In this document: piece after piece, positions 26,943 through 36,430 of the stretch | Layout of the letters: every line of letters begins with the position of its first letter | Position numbering within the stretch: position 1 is the stretch's first letter | Virus record (IMG/VR): IMGVR_UViG_3300027921_000114 | Origin: an uncultured virus (IMG/VR IMGVR_UViG_3300027921_000114) | Lineage: Duplodnaviria; Heunggongvirae; Uroviricota; Caudoviricetes | Length of the DNA: 64,000 nt | Strand: one strand, 5' to 3' | Notes under the pieces: model-generated | Databases searched by the model: none | Seen by the model: the letters and a program-made list of their open reading frames with translations, nothing else | What the model was told of the DNA's origin: nothing | Made by a program: the position numbers and the translations under genes

Positions 26943-28631
26943 ATGCAAAAACTTGAGCTTAACTGGATTGGAAAAAACAAGCGCCCTCGCCTCGAAGCAA
27001 GGCTGTTGCTTGAAGACACCAACCATTCACATCACGCAAAATTTCGGTTTTCAAGTGACGATCACTTTGACAACCTACTAATCTTTGGCGACAACTTGCT
27101 AGCGTTAAAGGCACTTGAGTCTGACTACACGGGAAAAGTGAAATGCGTTTTTATTGACCCGCCGTACAACACTGGAAGTGCTTTTGCTCAATACGATGAT
27201 GGTCTAGAGCATTCAATCTGGCTTGGATTGATGCGAGATCGACTGGAGATATTGAGGCGGTTACTTTCTGACGATGGTTCGCTTTGGATATCGATTGACG
27301 ATAACGAGGCGCATTACTTAAAAGTCATGTGCGACGAGATTTTCGGTCGCGCAAATTTTGTCTCCAATGCTGTATGGCAAAAAAAATACACCATTGCGAA
27401 TGATGCCAAGTGGCTATCCGACAATCATGACCACATCTTGATTTATGCGAAGGACAAAAATAGCTGGCGACCAAACAAGATGCCGCGCACTGATGAGATG
27501 AATGCCAGGTACAGAAATCCTGACAATCACCCTAAGGGCCCTTGGAAAGCCACTCCGCTTCACGCAAAAAGCGGTTCCGAAAGCAACAAGAACTTCTCAT
27601 TCACTTTCAAGAATGGTGTCGTCTGGAGCCCGCCATCAGGCACATTTCCAAGATTTTCTGAAGAGACTTTGAAGCGGTATGACGCCGGGAATGAGATTTG
27701 GTTTGGCAAAGACGGTAAAGCATCCCCCTCGAGGAAGACCTTCTTGTCAGAGCTGGCCGATGACGGCACTCCATGTCCAACAGTATGGCTCCATAGTGAC
27801 GCCGGAAATAATCATGAGGCACGGGAGGAAGTGAAAGCATTCAATCCTGACAACCCCTTTGATACTCCGAAACCGGAAAAATTACTGCATCGAATTATTC
27901 ACTTGGCAACAAAACCAGGAGACATTGTCCTCGATTCCTTTGCTGGCTCCGGTACTACTGGTGCAGTAGCACACAAGATGGGACGCCGCTGGATTATGGT
28001 TGAGCTGGGTCAGCACTGCGAAACGCACGTTGCTCCGAGACTAAAGAAAGTCATCAACGGCGAAGATTCTGGTGGCGTCACCGACGCCGTTGGTTGGCAA
28101 GGAGGCGGGGGGTTTCGGTTCTACAAACTCGCACCATCGCTAATCGTCAATGACCGATGGGGAAATCCTGTAATCAACCCCGAATACGATGCTGTAAATT
28201 TGACCCAAGCACTATGCAAACTTGAAGGGTTTAACTACGCGCCTTCCGAAGCGCAATGGTGGCAGCATGGTTTTTCTAGCGAGCGTGATTTCATCTATGT
28301 AACCACGCAGAATCTTTCATCCGAGCAACTGCATGCGCTCTCCGACGAAGTTGGCCTCGATCAGAGCCTGTTGGTGTGCTGCGCAGCTTTCCACGGTGTA
28401 ACTGCTGGTAAAGCATCCGAGCGCTGGCCTAATCTGACTCTGAAGAAGATACCTAAGATGGTATTGGCCCGATGCGAATGGGGTCACGACGATTACAGTT
28501 TGAACGTTGCGAATTTACCGATGGCTCAGGTTGAGAAGTCAGATGCTACTGGTGCAGTCGATGTCGTCAAGTCAACGAATAACAAGAATGTCGCACCCGG
28601 ACAGGGCGGACTGTTTGGGGAGAACGAATAA
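26943..28631 (+). CDS. mod: type III R-M methyltransferase (Mod)
   Basis: GDNLLAL, IDPPYNTG, TPKPE, DSFAGSGTT; precedes Res. Confidence 0.9.
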   Translation: MQKLELNWIGKNKRPRLEARLLLEDTNHSHHAKFRFSSDDHFDNLLIFGDNLLALKALESDYTGKVKCVFIDPPYNTGSAFAQYDDGLEHSIWLGLMRDRLEILRRLLSDDGSLWISIDDNEAHYLKVMCDEIFGRANFVSNAVWQKKYTIANDAKWLSDNHDHILIYAKDKNSWRPNKMPRTDEMNARYRNPDNHPKGPWKATPLHAKSGSESNKNFSFTFKNGVVWSPPSGTFPRFSEETLKRYDAGNEIWFGKDGKASPSRKTFLSELADDGTPCPTVWLHSDAGNNHEAREEVKAFNPDNPFDTPKPEKLLHRIIHLATKPGDIVLDSFAGSGTTGAVAHKMGRRWIMVELGQHCETHVAPRLKKVINGEDSGGVTDAVGWQGGGGFRFYKLAPSLIVNDRWGNPVINPEYDAVNLTQALCKLEGFNYAPSEAQWWQHGFSSERDFIYVTTQNLSSEQLHALSDEVGLDQSLLVCCAAFHGVTAGKASERWPNLTLKKIPKMVLARCEWGHDDYSLNVANLPMAQVEKSDATGAVDVVKSTNNKNVAPGQGGLFGENE

Positions 28632-31366
28632 TGAATGCACGCGTCTTGAATGCTGTCACCGGTCGATTGTCTCTTCGCCCGCCCCAGGCGGAATCTCTCT
28701 CAAAACTGGTGCGCGCGCTGGAAGCCGCACCTGAGTTGCTGGGGCACGAGCGCGATGTCTCCGCGATCCTCTCGACGCTCAAAGCCGAATTCCCAACGCT
28801 GGAGGATTTTGAGCGTGAGTTTCCGTCGTTGTGCTTTGCGCTTGCCACAGGCGTTGGCAAGACCCGCTTGATGGGCGCGTTTATCGCCTACTTGCATCTG
28901 GCACACGGCATTAATAACTTTTTCGTGCTGGCTCCCAACCTGACGATTTACAACAAGCTGATCGCCGACTTCACGCGCAACACGCCAAAATACGTATTCA
29001 AGGGCATTGCTGAGTTTGCGCAGCAATCCCCGCTGATCATCACGGGTGACAACTACGACCAGACTGGCGCCGTCGTTCAAGATCAGACCATGGGTTTCGC
29101 ACACGACGTTCGGATCAATATCTTCAATATTTCAAAGATCAACTCTGAGGTCCGTGGCGGCAAGGAGCCGCGCATTAAACGGATTAAGGAGGTGCTTGGA
29201 GATAGCTACTTCAATCATCTGTCGAATCTGTCAGATCTTGTATTGCTGATGGATGAGTCTCATCGGTACCGGGCCAGCGCCGGGGTGCGCTCCATCAACG
29301 AGCTAAAACCATTATTTGGACTGGAGGTCACCGCAACGCCCTTCGTTGAATCGACGCGCGGGCCAGTGCCGTTCAAGAACGTGGTGATGGACTATCCGCT
29401 GGCACGAGCAATGGAGGATGGTTTTGTCAAAGAACCTGCCGCCGTTACTCAGCGCAATTTTGACGCCAAGGCACACACTCCGGAGGAGATCGAAAAGGTC
29501 AAGCTGGAGGACGGCGTGCGCCTGCACGAGACCACCAAGGTCGAGTTGCTAACCTATGCACGCGAGAACGGCGTGAAGGTTGTGAAGCCGTTCATACTTG
29601 TGATTGCGCGTGATACCACTCACGCAGGGCAACTTTTGGCGCTTCTGGAATCGCAAGCATTCTACGAAGGGCGTTATCAGGGCAAAGTGATTCAGGTCGA
29701 CTCCAGCCGCACCGGTGCGGAGGAGGAAGAAATGATCACGCGTCTGCTCGCAGTGGAGAGCGTGGACGAGCCAACCGAGATCGTGATTCACGTCAACATG
29801 CTCAAGGAGGGCTGGGACGTGACCAACCTCTACACCATCGTGCCGCTGCGTGCCGCCAACGCTCGCACGCTGATCGAGCAGTCCATCGGTCGTGGTCTGC
29901 GTCTGCCTTATGGCAAGCGGACGGGTGTAGCAGCGGTGGATCGCCTGAACATTGTCGCGCACGACAAGTTTCAGGAAATTATTGACGAGGCGAACCGTGG
30001 CGACTCGCCAATTCGTTTGAAGCAAGTCATCCTCGATGCGCCGAGCGCTGACGACAAAAAGGTCAGCGTACAAGTTGGTTCTGGCGCAATGACACGTCTG
30101 GGCCTGACCGATGCGCCCGTGGTAGCCGGTGCTCCGACGAACGCCGGGACGGCTCCGACGTCCCCGGCACCCGCCCCCGTCTTCACCACAGAAGCGGAAC
30201 GACAGGCGGCTCGCGTCGTGATCGATGTGATTGGAAAGTACGAGCTCAGACGCGATCTTGTGCCCACCAGTAGCGCTCTACTCACCCCCGAGGTTCAATC
30301 AGCCATCCTGGCCGAGGTCACCGAGCGCTTGAAACCGATGCAAGGCAACTTGCTCGCAGGAGTCGATGACGGTCAACCGAAGCTTGATTTGTCAGCCGTG
30401 GTGGCAAAAACCACGGAAATCGTTGTTCAGCAGACCATCGACATTCCCCGCATCGCCGTGGTGCCTACCGGCGAAGTCACCACGGGCTTTCATCCGTTCA
30501 AGCTCGATGTGGCTCAGTTGCACCTGCAGCCGGGTGAGCGCGAGATCATCATTCACAACCTGCACACCAACGAGCAAGACACGCTGGCATCCGAGGTCGG
30601 CCTTAAAGAGCAACGGCCAGAAGACTACATCGTCCACGCACTGGTGGACTTTGATGACATCGACTACTTCACTCATGCCGACCTGCTTTACGAGCTTGCA
30701 GGGCAAATGGTGCAGCATCTGCTGGGGTATCTGTCCGAGCTTGAGGCGCACAGCGTGCTGGACCGGGATCGCCGCCTGATCGCCCGCGAGATTCACGCGC
30801 AGATGATGGCGCACTTTTGGGAAGAAGCGACTGAGTACGAAGTGCAGGTCAGTCGAGGCTTCACCGAACTGAAGCCCTGCAACTACACCGCTACGGCCGG
30901 ACAGACGGCTCACCATTTCCGTGAAACGCTGACCGAGATGGGGCGTATCAAGCAGATGCTGTTTGGCGGCTTCTCGCGGTGTCTATATCCGCTACAGAAA
31001 TTTGACTCAGACACCGAGCGCCGCTTTTCCATCATCCTGGAGCGCGACGCATCAAAATGGTTCAAACCAGCCAAGGGACAGTTCCAAATCTATTACAAAC
31101 TGGGCACTGAGCAGCCAGAGTACATTCCCGATTTTGTTGCCGAAACTGATTCGATCATCTTTATGGTTGAGACCAAAGCGCGCACCGATGTCAATACTCA
31201 AGAAGTGCAAGCAAAGGCCGCCTCGGCGGCACGCTGGTGCAAACACGCTACAGATCACGCAACTGGAGTAGGAACAAAACCGTGGAAATATTTGCTGTTA
31301 CCCCATGACGAGGTGGTGGAGTCAAAGCGACTTCAAGATTTTTCTCGCTTTGAGATCAAAGCGTAA
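28631..31366 (+). CDS. res: type III R-M restriction subunit (Res)
   Basis: ATGVGKT, DESH, LKEGWD, QSIGRGLR; C-terminal PDF..ETK nuclease. Confidence 0.9.
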   Translation: MNARVLNAVTGRLSLRPPQAESLSKLVRALEAAPELLGHERDVSAILSTLKAEFPTLEDFEREFPSLCFALATGVGKTRLMGAFIAYLHLAHGINNFFVLAPNLTIYNKLIADFTRNTPKYVFKGIAEFAQQSPLIITGDNYDQTGAVVQDQTMGFAHDVRINIFNISKINSEVRGGKEPRIKRIKEVLGDSYFNHLSNLSDLVLLMDESHRYRASAGVRSINELKPLFGLEVTATPFVESTRGPVPFKNVVMDYPLARAMEDGFVKEPAAVTQRNFDAKAHTPEEIEKVKLEDGVRLHETTKVELLTYARENGVKVVKPFILVIARDTTHAGQLLALLESQAFYEGRYQGKVIQVDSSRTGAEEEEMITRLLAVESVDEPTEIVIHVNMLKEGWDVTNLYTIVPLRAANARTLIEQSIGRGLRLPYGKRTGVAAVDRLNIVAHDKFQEIIDEANRGDSPIRLKQVILDAPSADDKKVSVQVGSGAMTRLGLTDAPVVAGAPTNAGTAPTSPAPAPVFTTEAERQAARVVIDVIGKYELRRDLVPTSSALLTPEVQSAILAEVTERLKPMQGNLLAGVDDGQPKLDLSAVVAKTTEIVVQQTIDIPRIAVVPTGEVTTGFHPFKLDVAQLHLQPGEREIIIHNLHTNEQDTLASEVGLKEQRPEDYIVHALVDFDDIDYFTHADLLYELAGQMVQHLLGYLSELEAHSVLDRDRRLIAREIHAQMMAHFWEEATEYEVQVSRGFTELKPCNYTATAGQTAHHFRETLTEMGRIKQMLFGGFSRCLYPLQKFDSDTERRFSIILERDASKWFKPAKGQFQIYYKLGTEQPEYIPDFVAETDSIIFMVETKARTDVNTQEVQAKAASAARWCKHATDHATGVGTKPWKYLLLPHDEVVESKRLQDFSRFEIKA

Positions 31367-31430
31367 TTAAGCGTTGCTTATGTAGACATCTACACAGATG
31401 TGATCACTACCCACCTCCGAGACTCATACC

Positions 31431-32387
31431 ATGACCAATGGTTATTTCATCGAACCAACCCTAGCTCTTTGCGCAGATCGCTCCCGCCTCGCCCAAGAGA
31501 ATCCAGTTATAGGCGGGCCTGACAACTGGCTCACCGATAACGTCTTGAATCAGTTTGGCGCGATTGGAGTTGGTTTCGATTTCTTCATAAATTGGAATAC
31601 AGCTGGTCTCGATAGGAACATATGGATTAAAAGACCGATAAATACTGGATTGATCAAAAATATTGATTCGATGCCTGACGATCAGATTGCGGAAATATTA
31701 AGGGCGGATTCAAAGTTCACCAACCTTGTGAGGTTTTCTGGCGCAAATGATCTGACCACGTCAGCGATAATTTTTGATGATAGTCAAAATTGGCGTGCTG
31801 AATCAGCATCAGCAATTCATGCATTTTGGCCTCGCGACGAAAAATTGCGGCAGGGTTTAGTAATTGATCGCATCCGACGAACTGATATTGAAACTCTGAT
31901 TCGAGAGAAATCTGGTGGCCCAGTGAAGATCGGGAGTAAGGGACTGATTTATGGAACATCGCGTTTGGAATGCACTCTCTCGACTACTGATGCTCTTTGG
32001 CCCGGGGATGCAGATCTCGTAGTGTGTGAGAAGAATGGGTTAAAGCCTTTGGCGATACTGGAATTCAAAAAACACACTTCCAAATCTGCGCTCACATTTG
32101 ACCAGCAATGTCTTGGAAACTATTACCCATATCCAGATGGTCGAAAGTACGACAGATTGGCACTCTTGTCGGAGCAGTTGGTGCAACATCAAAGAGTTCC
32201 GCTTTTGGTGGTTTATTACTCCGTATTACCCAACGAATTTAGCGTAGTTGTTGAGCCGGTAGTGGGATTTTGCAAACAGCTTACAGGTGGCACCAAAGTG
32301 AGAATCCAACTAGATCCAAATAACTTGGTTGCCAGCTCAGTTGCCGTGGCATCTTGCATTCTTAATGTGGCGAAGAATGGAGCCTGA
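31431..32387 (+). CDS. hypothetical protein, possible PD-(D/E)xK nuclease
   Basis: GDADL...LEFKK; visibly AT-rich gene. Confidence 0.65.
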   Translation: MTNGYFIEPTLALCADRSRLAQENPVIGGPDNWLTDNVLNQFGAIGVGFDFFINWNTAGLDRNIWIKRPINTGLIKNIDSMPDDQIAEILRADSKFTNLVRFSGANDLTTSAIIFDDSQNWRAESASAIHAFWPRDEKLRQGLVIDRIRRTDIETLIREKSGGPVKIGSKGLIYGTSRLECTLSTTDALWPGDADLVVCEKNGLKPLAILEFKKHTSKSALTFDQQCLGNYYPYPDGRKYDRLALLSEQLVQHQRVPLLVVYYSVLPNEFSVVVEPVVGFCKQLTGGTKVRIQLDPNNLVASSVAVASCILNVAKNGA

Positions 32388-32465
32388 AGAATTCGAATGA
32401 TTTCGAGTTCATAAATTGATCCAGACTAGTTGAATGGACTTTAACTTCCTAAGAATGAGGTGTGG

Positions 32466-33296
32466 ATGGCATCGCAAATCGAACGCATCTTGATTCTGGC
32501 CAAGACCTATCCGTCGCCCAGTGCGCAGCACGTCGAAACCTCGTGCGTTGCGGGCATCAATGAGCAAGGGGCGATGCGACGTTTGTACCCGGTGCCATTT
32601 CGCTTGATCGAGGAAGGTCAGAAGTTCAAGAAGTGGCAGTGGATTGAGGTGCGCGTCGAGAAGGCGAACAAGGATCATCGGACAGAAAGCCATAAGCTCT
32701 ACGTCGACACAATTGCCTGCGGGGACGTGATCGACACCAAAAAACAGTGGGATGCTCGCTGGCCGTGGATCGACAAGCTCCCTGCCTTCACCAGTTTTGA
32801 TGAGCTTGAGGTGGATCGTCTCGAAACGGGTCTGTCGCTGGCATTGATGCGCCCGAAGCAGGTGTTGAGCTTGGAAATCACCGAAGCCAGAAACGCCGAG
32901 TGGACTGACGACGAGCGCGAGAAACTATTGCGCTACGAGATGCAGGGCCAGCTTTTCAGCGATACCGAGGTCAAGAAAATGACCCAGACGCTTCGGAAGG
33001 TGCCATTCGATTTCTACTACCGGTACACCTGCGAAACGCCCGAGGGCGACAAGGTATTCAAGCACAAGATCGTCGATTGGGAGGCCGGTGTGCTGTTTTG
33101 GCACTGCCGCCAGAGTCATGGCGTCGAATGGGAAAAACCATTCCGAGCCAAACTCGAACAGGACTTGACGGGAAAAGACTTGATGTTCCTGATGGGCAAT
33201 CAGCACCGGTTCCAAGACCAGTGGCTGATCATCAGTCTGATTTACCCGCCTAAGCGAAAGCCAGTTGAAGTGACGCCACAGGGCTCGCTTTTTTAG
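32466..33296 (+). CDS. hypothetical protein (possible dual OB-fold family)
   Basis: AKTYP..SCVAGI..RRLYP N-terminus; adjacent to DUF488. Confidence 0.7.
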   Translation: MASQIERILILAKTYPSPSAQHVETSCVAGINEQGAMRRLYPVPFRLIEEGQKFKKWQWIEVRVEKANKDHRTESHKLYVDTIACGDVIDTKKQWDARWPWIDKLPAFTSFDELEVDRLETGLSLALMRPKQVLSLEITEARNAEWTDDEREKLLRYEMQGQLFSDTEVKKMTQTLRKVPFDFYYRYTCETPEGDKVFKHKIVDWEAGVLFWHCRQSHGVEWEKPFRAKLEQDLTGKDLMFLMGNQHRFQDQWLIISLIYPPKRKPVEVTPQGSLF

Positions 33297-33732
33297 CGGA
33301 AGCCTTGATGTGCGTGACACGCGCACCGCAATAGTCCTTGACGGCGCTTGCCACCATTGAGCGGTGGCAGAAATTCGAGTCGGCCTCGAAACAAAGCAAC
33401 GCACAGTTTGCCGATGCGGCCAACGCTGAAAGCTCGGCGATGGCATCGTCTTGCGTCTTGAGGTGCTTCAGAAAGCCTTCGGTGTACCGCTTCCAGTTGC
33501 CATCCTCACGGTAGCGATCACGAACCAGCTTCGGGCAGCCCAGATCCACCATGTGGACGTACTCGCGACCGGATAGATTCAGCACGCTGGCAAGGGACTT
33601 CTTTGAGAAGCCGGGCTTGCGCGACAGGGGTAGCTCGCGGACGTCGACAATCGTGTCAATGCCGTGCTCGGTGAGCAGCGACATAAACGCGTCGATATCA
33701 AGTCCTTCGTAGCCTATTGTGAAAACATTCAT
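33250..33732 (-). CDS. DUF488 family protein
   Basis: TIGYEG, DVRE.P.SRKPGFSK, LLCFE..CHR. Confidence 0.85.
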   Translation of the reverse strand: MNVFTIGYEGLDIDAFMSLLTEHGIDTIVDVRELPLSRKPGFSKKSLASVLNLSGREYVHMVDLGCPKLVRDRYREDGNWKRYTEGFLKHLKTQDDAIAELSALAASANCALLCFEADSNFCHRSMVASAVKDYCGARVTHIKASAKKASPVASLQLAFA

Positions 33733-33884
33733 TGAGTAGCCCCTCTAACCCGCCATTTTAAAGTAGGTTCGCGCTGCTGGCGAGCCCTGATACGATCAGG
33801 GGTTTGCCATTTCGTCGCTATGTTGACAACGAAACATCGCATCACGTTCCTTTGTGCGCCAACACGGTGCATTTCGGTCCAAAC

Positions 33885-34343
33885 TCACCGCATCAGCGCT
33901 GCTTCTGCCCGTCGCCGGGTCACCAGGCCCGGTAAAACCTTCCCGCCACCATAGACCCATCGTTGCAGTTCCTGTGCGGCACCCGACCAGTCCTGCTGGT
34001 TGATCCGCCTACGCAGCGTTGATGTCTGCAGGCGTCCCGCGCCGAGGTTGAAGGCGAAGTCGACGATGGCGGCCAGTCGGCTTTCCGGCCCGGTGGCCAG
34101 CACAGGACAGAACCGTAGCGTCGCGCTGAACGCCGTGATCAGGTCGCGTGACAGGTAGTCTTCGGCCTGCGCTTCCGTGATCGGAGGATGCTTGGGATCG
34201 CAGAGATGGCCAAAGCCAATCGTCCAGTACCCTGCCGGGCAAATGTATGGATGGGCTCGCCGCTCTGGATCAGACTTAGGCACGCGATGGAAGCCCTCGA
34301 ACTGCTTGGCCAGGGTCATCGCAGCAGCCGGAACATCGATCAC
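33885..34343 (-). CDS. phage lysozyme (GH24 endolysin)
   Basis: FEG..YICPAG.WTIGFGH, FAFNLG, LPGLVTRR. Confidence 0.9.
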   Translation of the reverse strand: MIDVPAAAMTLAKQFEGFHRVPKSDPERRAHPYICPAGYWTIGFGHLCDPKHPPITEAQAEDYLSRDLITAFSATLRFCPVLATGPESRLAAIVDFAFNLGAGRLQTSTLRRRINQQDWSGAAQELQRWVYGGGKVLPGLVTRRRAEAALMR

Positions 34344-34816
34344 GACCGCACCCTGTCGAACACGCGACCCAAGAACCAGAAATTCAGCACCCCTGCCCAC
34401 AAGGCTTGGTCTGCCTCCGTCCACGCGTGCAGGATTGCCACGCCATAACCAGCGCCAGCGGTCACGGCCGCCACGAACGCGGCAGTTTTGGCAGCGCAGT
34501 ACAGCGCCATGAACCAGTAGGTGATCACGGGGCGCACGCTGCTTGAGAGCGCATCGGCCCAGCGCACACCGGTTTTCTCACCTTGGGTGCGCACGGCATC
34601 GCGCAGTGTTTCGATGGCACCGACGTTCCACGCGGCATCGGCACCTGCGCCGATTTCGTCCATTCGTTGCGCGCCGCGAATCTTCTCGAATTCCAGCGCC
34701 TTGTCCTGCATCGCCAGCTCGTGGCCACGTTCGCCCTTGCGGTCGAGCCACTTGAGGAATTCCGGCGCGAGACGGAACGCGCCGCCCAGCAGGCCGCCAA
34801 GTAATGTCTCGATCAT
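34340..34816 (-). CDS. holin-like membrane protein
   Basis: Hydrophobic segments, SVRP, WFLGR; next to the lysozyme. Confidence 0.65.
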   Translation of the reverse strand: MIETLLGGLLGGAFRLAPEFLKWLDRKGERGHELAMQDKALEFEKIRGAQRMDEIGAGADAAWNVGAIETLRDAVRTQGEKTGVRWADALSSSVRPVITYWFMALYCAAKTAAFVAAVTAGAGYGVAILHAWTEADQALWAGVLNFWFLGRVFDRVRS

Positions 34817-35106
34817 TGCCCACCTCCGAACAGTTTGAGTTTTACGAACGCACCGGCGAGCAGCGCCATCACCAAGCCGGTGACCAGCATCTTCACGACG
34901 GTCAGACCAGCGGTTTTCTTAGCCTCGTTGAAGGCGTCAAGCAGTCCGCGCAATTCACGGATGTCGTTGGCTGCCTCCGGCCCCTCGAGGCCGACCTCTG
35001 CAAGCGCATGCCGGGCACCGCGCTCAGCGGCACGTTCCAGCATCTCTTCGAATTCTTCCTGCGGCACAGTCACCATCTTTCGCCGCTCGACTCGGGTGTC
35101 TTCCAT
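34813..35106 (-). CDS. DUF6127-like membrane protein (lysis cassette)
   Basis: Coiled coil plus one C-terminal TM segment. Confidence 0.7.
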   Translation of the reverse strand: MEDTRVERRKMVTVPQEEFEEMLERAAERGARHALAEVGLEGPEAANDIRELRGLLDAFNEAKKTAGLTVVKMLVTGLVMALLAGAFVKLKLFGGGQ

Positions 35107-35124
35107 TTTTCGTCCTCCAGAAAT

Positions 35125-35153
35125 GCGAAACCCGCCTTGCGGGCGGGTTCTCG
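35125..35153. terminator. hairpin between tail and lysis genes
   Basis: AACCCGCC-TTGCG-GGCGGGTT. Confidence 0.55.
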
Positions 35154-35179
35154 GGGTTGCAAAAACTTGTGTTTTGGCA

Positions 35180-35401
35180 CTACGGTGCCTTGCTGCGAGC
35201 CTTTGCCTGCGCGTCGATTTGCAACAGTCGGCGCATGGCCCGGGCGCGATCCTTGGGGTGGACGTCACTTCGCTCGACGGTGTCCTGAGACTCCACCAGG
35301 GCCAGCAGCTTCTGCTTGTCCGCGCCCTCTGCCATCCCATCGATGACGGGCTGCATGCGCTCCAGGAAAGTGTTCGATGTCGTCATTTGTGTTCTCCTCA
35401 A
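35180..35401 (-). CDS. hypothetical protein
   Basis: Last gene of the tail block; start may be MTTS. Confidence 0.6.
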   Translation of the reverse strand: MRRTQMTTSNTFLERMQPVIDGMAEGADKQKLLALVESQDTVERSDVHPKDRARAMRRLLQIDAQAKARSKAP

Positions 35402-35616
35402 ACTGGAAATACGTGGCGGGCCACCGGTGCTTTGGTGGCCATACCGTTTCTGATCAGCACGCGGTCACCGACCGCTAATGCATCAACCGTGCGCGCGGTA
35501 ACTGCGCCGCGCTCAGTGGCCACGCGAATCAGCACGCCCTCGATGCCGACGACCGAGCCGACTACGGTGGCGTCCTGTGAAAGCAAGCGCGTCAGTTCTT
35601 TCAGGGCAAAGGTCAT
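35398..35616 (-). CDS. small tail-tip protein (OB-fold-like)
   Basis: VVGSV..VAT..VGDRVLI pattern; coupled. Confidence 0.6.
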   Translation of the reverse strand: MTFALKELTRLLSQDATVVGSVVGIEGVLIRVATERGAVTARTVDALAVGDRVLIRNGMATKAPVARHVFPV

Positions 35617-35909
35617 CGCGGCTGCTCCAGATTGAGGTGGGTATCGATGGCCGCCTCCGACACCGTGATCTGGATGCCGGTCACCTTGGCGCGGTAGGGG
35701 CTGGCCGTGGAAGGATCGGTGGCCTCGACGATCTGCCCGAGTCGAAACCCTGGCCTGAACACGACGGACATTTCCACCCGGTTGAAGGCGTGGGCATTGG
35801 CATCCATTTCGGCCACGCCCCGGTGCAGCAGTGCGTCGTCCGAGAGCAATGGCTCGACGATGGGCGAGCCCTCGCGCAAGCCATCGCCACGGTAGGCTTC
35901 GATGATCAC
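35613..35909 (-). CDS. tail protein (hub C-terminal-like)
   Basis: PGFRLGQIVE..KVTGI.IT pattern; coupled. Confidence 0.6.
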   Translation of the reverse strand: MIIEAYRGDGLREGSPIVEPLLSDDALLHRGVAEMDANAHAFNRVEMSVVFRPGFRLGQIVEATDPSTASPYRAKVTGIQITVSEAAIDTHLNLEQPR

Positions 35910-36421
35910 GATGCCGATCCCTTGATCAAGGCCAGAATACTGAAGTCAGTTTCACCGTTCAGCGTTGCGGGCGAGGACAGGGCATAGACCAGCGCCAGCG
36001 CGTCGTAGCTGACCTTGGCCACGCCGACACCCTTGCTCGACGCCTTCACCGTGACCTTGTCTGACTGGAGGGTGAGCGCGCCGAGGCTGCGGCCATACCA
36101 GACCGATTGCGACAGGCTGGATCGCGCTGGTTTGCCGAGCGTCGCCGTGTCGGCATCCTCGAACATCAGTTCTTCACTCACCGTGACCATCGTGGTGCCT
36201 TGGGCAGACAGTGATCCCGCCGAGCAGATGGTGTCCGTGATGCTGACGTTGTCTGTTTTATAGACGAGGATGTAGACGGTTTCACCCGGGCTGAACGAGC
36301 TGCGCCCACCATTCAACCCTGACGGTCGGGTATCAACCTCAGCGGACAAGTGGCCGGACGAATCCGAGCCGTTCGAGCCGTCCGGATTGCCGAATTGAAC
36401 GCGAATAGTGGCATTGGCCAT
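35906..36421 (-). CDS. putative tail protein
   Basis: Ser/Thr-rich, beta-type composition; in the tail operon. Confidence 0.65.
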   Translation of the reverse strand: MANATIRVQFGNPDGSNGSDSSGHLSAEVDTRPSGLNGGRSSFSPGETVYILVYKTDNVSITDTICSAGSLSAQGTTMVTVSEELMFEDADTATLGKPARSSLSQSVWYGRSLGALTLQSDKVTVKASSKGVGVAKVSYDALALVYALSSPATLNGETDFSILALIKGSAS

Positions 36422-36430
36422 TTGCTTACC

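Noticed and set aside
22908..31366. Canonical DISARM or BREX
   Set aside because: No drmA/drmB, pglZ or brxC recognisable; the methylase and helicase-nuclease are type III Mod/Res
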